DNA from: a bacterium UBP8_UBA6595
Lineage (GTDB): Bacteria; Margulisbacteria; Marinamargulisbacteria; UBA6595
DNA: 22,297 nt
Direction: 5' to 3'
Assembly (NCBI GenBank): GCA_002433595.1
Contig: DJIL01000014.1
Span: 1-22,297 of the forward strand
Part shown: piece by piece, positions 17,707-22,297 of the stretch
How positions within the stretch are numbered: the first letter of the stretch is position 1
How the letters are laid out: each line of letters opens with the position of its first letter
Program-made: the position numbers and the translations under genes
Notes under the pieces: generated by a model
What the model was told of the DNA's origin: nothing
What the model saw: the letters and a program-made list of their open reading frames with translations, nothing else
Databases searched by the model: none

Positions 17707-18465
17707 ATGCTGCCAATAATGATGCGCGCTCGGTTTTCTGACATTCGGAAATCATTTTTGCCTCATACAGCAGATCAAATTAAGCCTGTTTCTCATATGG
17801 CGCATACGCCCGATGAATGGTTGGTCCGGTTTCATGCTATTTTAATGCGAGCGGGTGTTCAGCTAACCCCTTTGTATGGCACCTGTTTGGGATTTTTTCG
17901 AGATAATTGCATTATTCCAGGAGATACCGATGCGGATTTTGGAATTGCCCTCTCGGACTTGCCAGCGGTTCGAGCGTGTGTTCCGGAGTTGCTGGCAGCC
18001 GGTTTTTATATTTCCGGTCGGGGGAATTATCAACTCACGTTTAGCATGCCCAACAGCTCATTTTATATTGATATTTGGCCATACAAGGCCTTGAATTTCC
18101 CCCTAACGATGCTGGGGCACCGATGGCTCTGTGATCATGTGTATTACAAAGCTGATTTTTTTTCAGAGTGTCAGCCGTTTAATTACAATGGCTGTACGTA
18201 TTATTTGCCCGCACGGTGTGAGATGTATTTGGAAATGGTATATGGATTAGACTGGAGAACCCCGGTTTCTGGGTGTTTTTCAGGACCTAGAGGCTTAATA
18301 TCCCAATGGATTAATTGGCCATTTATTGATTTTCCGGTGCCATCTGCCTTTTCAGGGGAAGCCCATTTGGGCACCTACAAACCCTGGGCATCTAAACTAT
18401 TAAAAAGAGTAGTTCCCAATGCTCGTATTACACAATTGTTCAAACATCCGGAGGTTAAATCATGA
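17707..18465 (+). CDS. LicD-family phosphotransferase (transfers phospho-/phosphono-alcohols from CDP/CMP donors to glycans)
   Basis: Colinear with the LicD/fukutin family: [11 protein letters not shown]...[11 protein letters not shown] (compare GTLLGAVRH...IPWDDDIDI), YIDIWPY, and a C-terminal YL...[13 protein letters not shown]. The stop overlaps the ppm ATG (ATGA). Confidence 0.7.
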   Translation: MLPIMMRARFSDIRKSFLPHTADQIKPVSHMAHTPDEWLVRFHAILMRAGVQLTPLYGTCLGFFRDNCIIPGDTDADFGIALSDLPAVRACVPELLAAGFYISGRGNYQLTFSMPNSSFYIDIWPYKALNFPLTMLGHRWLCDHVYYKADFFSECQPFNYNGCTYYLPARCEMYLEMVYGLDWRTPVSGCFSGPRGLISQWINWPFIDFPVPSAFSGEAHLGTYKPWASKLLKRVVPNARITQLFKHPEVKS

Positions 18466-20072
18466 ATTTACAAGCAACCACAACAAAACAGCGAAAAACC
18501 ACGCAATTGCGTGCCTTATTTCAACGCTCAGAGTTAGCGTTTTTGATGGAGGCCCATAATGGTTTGTCGGCACGATTGGTCGAAGAAACAGGGTTTTCGG
18601 GCATTTGGGCCAGTGGATTAGCCATTTCAGCGAGCATGGGCGTTCGAGATAACAATGAAGCGTCCTGGACTCAGGTGGTGGATACGTTAGAATTTATGAG
18701 TGATGCCACTTCAATTCCTATTTTATTGGATGGGGATACAGGGTATGGTAATTTTAACAATGTTCGTCGGTTAATTAAAAAGCTGGAACAACGCGACATT
18801 GCGGGCGTGTGTTTAGAAGATAAATTGTTTCCAAAAACCAACTCGTTTTTAAATGGTGAGCAGCAAGAGCTGGCCGATGTGTCGGAGTTTTGCGGTAAAA
18901 TAAAAGCGGCTAAAGACACGCAATCAGACCCCGATTTTTCAGTTGTAGCCCGCATTGAATCGTTTATTGTGGGCATGGGTTTAAATGAGGCATTGGATCG
19001 AGCGTATGCGTACGCCAATGCCGGTGCCGATGCCATTTTGGTTCACAGCAAAAAAGCGGTGCCTGATGATATTGTGGCGTTCATGCAGGCGTGGGATTCG
19101 CCGGTTCCGATTGTTATTGTGCCAACCAAGTACTATGCAACACCGACGGATCAGTTTCGTACCATGGGAATCTCCACGGTAATTTGGGCTAACCACAGCA
19201 TTCGGTCCGCTATGACTGCCATGAAAACAACAATGAAAACTATTTATGATACAGAAACGCTTAAAGATGTCGAACCTAAGATTAGTTCGGTATCGGATAT
19301 TTTTCGGATTCAAGGAGCCGATGAACTAGCGGAGGCCGAAACCCAATATTTGCCGGGTTACAATACCCAACTAGCGGGCATTATTTTAGCGGCAGGTCCC
19401 TCACGTATTGACGGGTTTTCAGGGCCCAAAAGCATGCTTTTAGTTCATGGGAGATCAATTTTAGATCATCAAGTGGATCATTTGGAGCGGTTTGGCATTG
19501 GTCATGTAACCGTGGTGCGTGGGCATGATAAAGCGCAGATGGTATCGGATCGGGTGTCATTTGTGGATAATGATGCATACGCAACAACGTCAGAGGTTTA
19601 CTCATTGGCATTGCTTGCGGATCAGTTGGACACTGCCGCCGTCATTAGTTATGGGGACGTGGTATATAAGCATTATTTTATTCACGAATGTTTAGCTCAT
19701 TCAGGGGATGTCGTTATTGTGGTGGATGTGAACTGCCCCGCGACAGACTCTTGGCGAGACTACGTTCAAGCGAGCGAGGCTTTTGATGCGTTACGCATTC
19801 AGCAATCGCCTACCCTGATTCAAATGGCTCGTTCTATAAGTGCCGATCAAATTTCGGGTGAGTTTGTGGGGCTGATGAAAACAACCAAAACGGGCAGTCG
19901 TGCCATTCAAGCCGCCCTCAGATCTATCGAGTCATCCACCTTAGCCCGTATGACAATGCCTGAGTTTTTAACGGCCTTAAGCCAGACGATTCCGGTGCAT
20001 ATTGTGTATGTTCAAGGGGGATGGGTGGATGTGAATACCCTATCCGATTGGACGGCAGCGGCTGACGTTTAA
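18462..20072 (+). CDS. ppm: Phosphoenolpyruvate mutase fused to a C-terminal LicC-like nucleotidyltransferase domain
   Basis: The N-terminal domain is colinear with PEP mutase and carries the diagnostic EDKx5NS motif ([10 protein letters not shown], nt 18816..18845). The C-terminal domain, from about nt 19368, is nucleotidyltransferase-fold ([10 protein letters not shown]..., [13 protein letters not shown], and a C-terminal [10 protein letters not shown]). A GGAGG SD is 8 nt upstream. Confidence 0.85.
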   Translation: MNLQATTTKQRKTTQLRALFQRSELAFLMEAHNGLSARLVEETGFSGIWASGLAISASMGVRDNNEASWTQVVDTLEFMSDATSIPILLDGDTGYGNFNNVRRLIKKLEQRDIAGVCLEDKLFPKTNSFLNGEQQELADVSEFCGKIKAAKDTQSDPDFSVVARIESFIVGMGLNEALDRAYAYANAGADAILVHSKKAVPDDIVAFMQAWDSPVPIVIVPTKYYATPTDQFRTMGISTVIWANHSIRSAMTAMKTTMKTIYDTETLKDVEPKISSVSDIFRIQGADELAEAETQYLPGYNTQLAGIILAAGPSRIDGFSGPKSMLLVHGRSILDHQVDHLERFGIGHVTVVRGHDKAQMVSDRVSFVDNDAYATTSEVYSLALLADQLDTAAVISYGDVVYKHYFIHECLAHSGDVVIVVDVNCPATDSWRDYVQASEAFDALRIQQSPTLIQMARSISADQISGEFVGLMKTTKTGSRAIQAALRSIESSTLARMTMPEFLTALSQTIPVHIVYVQGGWVDVNTLSDWTAAADV

Positions 20073-21206
20073 ATGATTTCAGCGCATGCATTTTGCCACG
20101 CATTAGCTGGCCGGGGATTTGATTGCTATACGGGTGTTCCGTGTTCGTTTTTGACCGGTGTTATTAATGTTGCCATGGCGGAATATACCTATATTAACGC
20201 CACCAATGAAGGCGATGCTGTTGCGATTGCCGTGGGCGCGGCTTTGTCAGGCAAGCGACCGGTTGTGCTCATGCAAAACTCTGGTTTGGGCAATGCGGTA
20301 TCACCCCTAACGTCATTAACGCACCCATTTGGTGTACCGGTTCTAACGGTAATTAGTTGGCGGGGGCAGCCAGGTATTCAAGATGAGCCCCAGCATGCAC
20401 TTATGGGGGTCATTACCCCCGATATGGCCCAGTTAATGGGTATGGAAACGATTATTTTTTCCGCGTCCGACTTGCCGGATCAGCTGAATGCGATTGATGC
20501 GGCTTTGGGTCGTGGGCAATCCGTGGCCTGGGTGATTCCGAAGGGGGAGATTGAACCCGTTAAAACTCCGGGTCGGTCCCAGCCGGTACCTCATTCAGGG
20601 GCTATCCAGACCCAATCCGCGCACCCAGGGGTGGTGGGAAGCCGAACCGATGCGTTGAAAACCATTGTAGCGGCGCAACCACCCCACAGTGCGGTGTTGG
20701 CAACCACCGGCAAAACGGGGCGGGAATTATTCACATTAGGGGATCGGGATAATCAGGTCTATCAAGTGGGGTCTATGGGGTGCATAGGGGCGCTGGGTTT
20801 GGGTATTGCGTTGGCCAAGCCGGCATGTCGGGTAATCGTCATTGATGGCGATGGTGCGGCCTTAATGCGGTTGGGATCGTGGGCATCCGTGGGATACTAT
20901 AAGCCCAAGGGGTTCTTGCATATTGTCTTAGATAATGGGGTGCATGATTCAACCGGAGGCCAAGATACGGTGGCGGAGTCTGTTGATTTTGTGGCTTGTG
21001 CACAGGCCATGGGGTATCCGGTGTCAAGGACTGTAGCCAGTTTGGATGAATTGGCTGATCAGATTCAGCAGTGGGCCGCTGAGCCTCAATTAACACTGCT
21101 GCATGTCGCAATTACGCCGGGGAGCCCGGCAACGTTGGGACGACCCACGTGTACACCCGCCGAGGTTGCGGCGCGATTCAAACACTATTTGGCCAACGGG
21201 TTATGA
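20073..21206 (+). CDS. ppd: Phosphonopyruvate decarboxylase (ThDP-dependent)
   Basis: About 375 aa, the typical Ppd size, with ThDP motif GDG...N (VIVIDGDGAALM...LDNGVHDSTGGQ). The ATG immediately follows the ppm stop. Confidence 0.85.
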   Translation: MISAHAFCHALAGRGFDCYTGVPCSFLTGVINVAMAEYTYINATNEGDAVAIAVGAALSGKRPVVLMQNSGLGNAVSPLTSLTHPFGVPVLTVISWRGQPGIQDEPQHALMGVITPDMAQLMGMETIIFSASDLPDQLNAIDAALGRGQSVAWVIPKGEIEPVKTPGRSQPVPHSGAIQTQSAHPGVVGSRTDALKTIVAAQPPHSAVLATTGKTGRELFTLGDRDNQVYQVGSMGCIGALGLGIALAKPACRVIVIDGDGAALMRLGSWASVGYYKPKGFLHIVLDNGVHDSTGGQDTVAESVDFVACAQAMGYPVSRTVASLDELADQIQQWAAEPQLTLLHVAITPGSPATLGRPTCTPAEVAARFKHYLANGL

Positions 21207-22297
21207 TCCGAACAGCGGTTATTCTTGCGGCGGGGAAAGGGTCGCGATTGCGTCCCCACTTGGATCCCCAGTTGCCCAAAGGGGCGCTAACAATCGGGGC
21301 CTGCGCGATGATTGAACGTAGCATTCAGCAATTGCTTGCCCAAGGGATTGACCATATTATTGTGGGTACGGGGCATGGGGCAGATTGGTATGATGCTTTA
21401 GCCACACGCTATCCGGTAACCTGTGTGCCCAACGTGGCGTATGCAACCACAGGCAGCATGGCAACCTTGCGTGCCGTTGTGGCGGCCACCGGCATTCAAT
21501 CTCCGTTGGTGCTTGTGGAGTCGGATTTGATTTATGAACAGGCGGTGCTGGGGGATCTTTTGGAGCATCCAGAGCCCAATTGTGTGTTGGGTATGCGGTA
21601 CCGGGGCTATGGCGATGAGGTGTTTATACAGGTGGATACTCAAGATCATGTGGTTGGCTTAACTAAAACAGCGCCAGCATCCGTTGAAACGGCGCCGGTT
21701 TTGGTGGGTTTAACGACCATTGGCCCGGCCTTATTGTCGGCCATGGTGGCGCACTATGATGCCGCTAAGAACCCGATGATGGATTACGAAGATGCGTTGA
21801 TAGCCGCTAATGAACCAGCGATATGCTTGATGACCGATGGGCAGGCAATGGAAGTGGATGATGCGAATCATCTAAGCATTGCTCAAACGCTCATACTGGA
21901 TATTGAATGCAACGATGCATACCCGGAGCCCAAGCGAACCGTGTTGTTAAATCCGGGGCCAGCGACAACCAGCCAATCGGTTAAACTCGCTCAAATTGTG
22001 CCGGATATTTGCCCTCGTGAGCAGGCGTTTGTTCAGGTGATGGCGGCGTGCCGGCAGCAGGTGTGCGCGTTGGCATCGGCAACATCTGAGGCGGTGGCTG
22101 CGGTCTTTTTTAGTGGATCGGGGACTGCGGCTGTGGAAGCGATGGTCAGTTCGGTGATGCCGGCGAACGGCCATGCGTTAATTATTGATCAAGGGGCGTA
22201 TGGGCAGCGCATGGCCAGTATTGCCCAGGTGCATGGCTTGGCGCATACGGTGTATTCGCCGGATCCGGTGCGGGCGTTGCCGGTATCGGGGGTTGAG
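21203..22297 (+). CDS. Bifunctional LicC-like (PntC-type) cytidylyltransferase / 2-aminoethylphosphonate:pyruvate aminotransferase, 3'-partial
   Basis: Not in the ORF track because it runs off the window. I translated it by hand: the ATG at 21203 overlaps the ppd TGA, and 365 codons follow with no stop. N-domain: MIRTAVILAAGKGSRLRP...KGAL, a canonical sugar-phosphate nucleotidyltransferase motif. From about nt 21932 the sequence KRTVLLNPGPATTSQ...FFSGSGTAAVEAM...LIIDQGAYGQRM matches class-V AEP transaminase (PhnW-like). The same domain order occurs in T. denticola Tde1415. Confidence 0.8.
   Translation, partial: MIRTAVILAAGKGSRLRPHLDPQLPKGALTIGACAMIERSIQQLLAQGIDHIIVGTGHGADWYDALATRYPVTCVPNVAYATTGSMATLRAVVAATGIQSPLVLVESDLIYEQAVLGDLLEHPEPNCVLGMRYRGYGDEVFIQVDTQDHVVGLTKTAPASVETAPVLVGLTTIGPALLSAMVAHYDAAKNPMMDYEDALIAANEPAICLMTDGQAMEVDDANHLSIAQTLILDIECNDAYPEPKRTVLLNPGPATTSQSVKLAQIVPDICPREQAFVQVMAACRQQVCALASATSEAVAAVFFSGSGTAAVEAMVSSVMPANGHALIIDQGAYGQRMASIAQVHGLAHTVYSPDPVRALPVSGVE

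Noticed and set aside
17681-17719. 12-codon uORF ([12 protein letters not shown]) overlapping the licD start in another frame.
   Set aside because: Too short, with no SD and no attenuator-like structure. Likely chance.
21103-21315. 70-aa Arg-rich ORF at the ppd/aept junction.
   Set aside because: Out of frame with the hand-translated PntC/AEPT fusion that continues to the window end. An Arg-rich translation is typical of a GC-rich wrong frame.
1-22297. Searched by eye for CRISPR repeats, IS inverted repeats, integrase or att sites, and rRNA/tRNA genes.
   Set aside because: No direct-repeat arrays, transposase or integrase-like ORFs, or structured RNA genes were found. Coding density leaves no room apart from the 12.5-12.8 kb region.

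Overview
This window looks like a gene-dense (over 90% coding) chromosomal segment from a diderm bacterium. Most of it (1 to about 17.6 kb) is core housekeeping. On the minus strand: biotin genes bioF-bioH-bioC-bioD sit directly downstream of an orphan ftsZ, followed by a tightly coupled array metK, pncC/cinA-like, recA, rny (RNase Y), lptB, lptF/G. On the plus strand: an APC amino-acid permease, a BamE-like lipoprotein, an ABC-F ATPase, an SPFH/band-7 protein, thrC and an ApgM-family proposed homoserine kinase. I saw no rRNA, tRNA, CRISPR array, IS element or obvious prophage. The right-hand 4.6 kb (17.6 to 22.3 kb) is the accessory part: a translationally coupled phosphonate cassette. It encodes a LicD-family phosphotransferase, a PEP mutase (Ppm, EDKx5NS signature) fused to a C-terminal LicC-like nucleotidyltransferase, a phosphonopyruvate decarboxylase (Ppd), and an open-ended ORF missing from the six-frame track that fuses a canonical LicC-like cytidylyltransferase (PntC-like) to a 2-aminoethylphosphonate:pyruvate aminotransferase. 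Together these cover synthesis, nucleotide activation and transfer of 2-aminoethylphosphonate (AEP) onto an unknown acceptor. The cassette has two nucleotidyltransferase domains, an unusual Ppm-nucleotidyltransferase domain order, and 3' genes that are GC-rich relative to the core. Taxonomic placement is unclear: the combination of RNase Y, LptB/FG, Pseudomonas-like bioFHCD, pncC-recA and an ApgM-type homoserine kinase is mixed. All protein-family calls below are made from motifs I recognise in the translations, not from searches.
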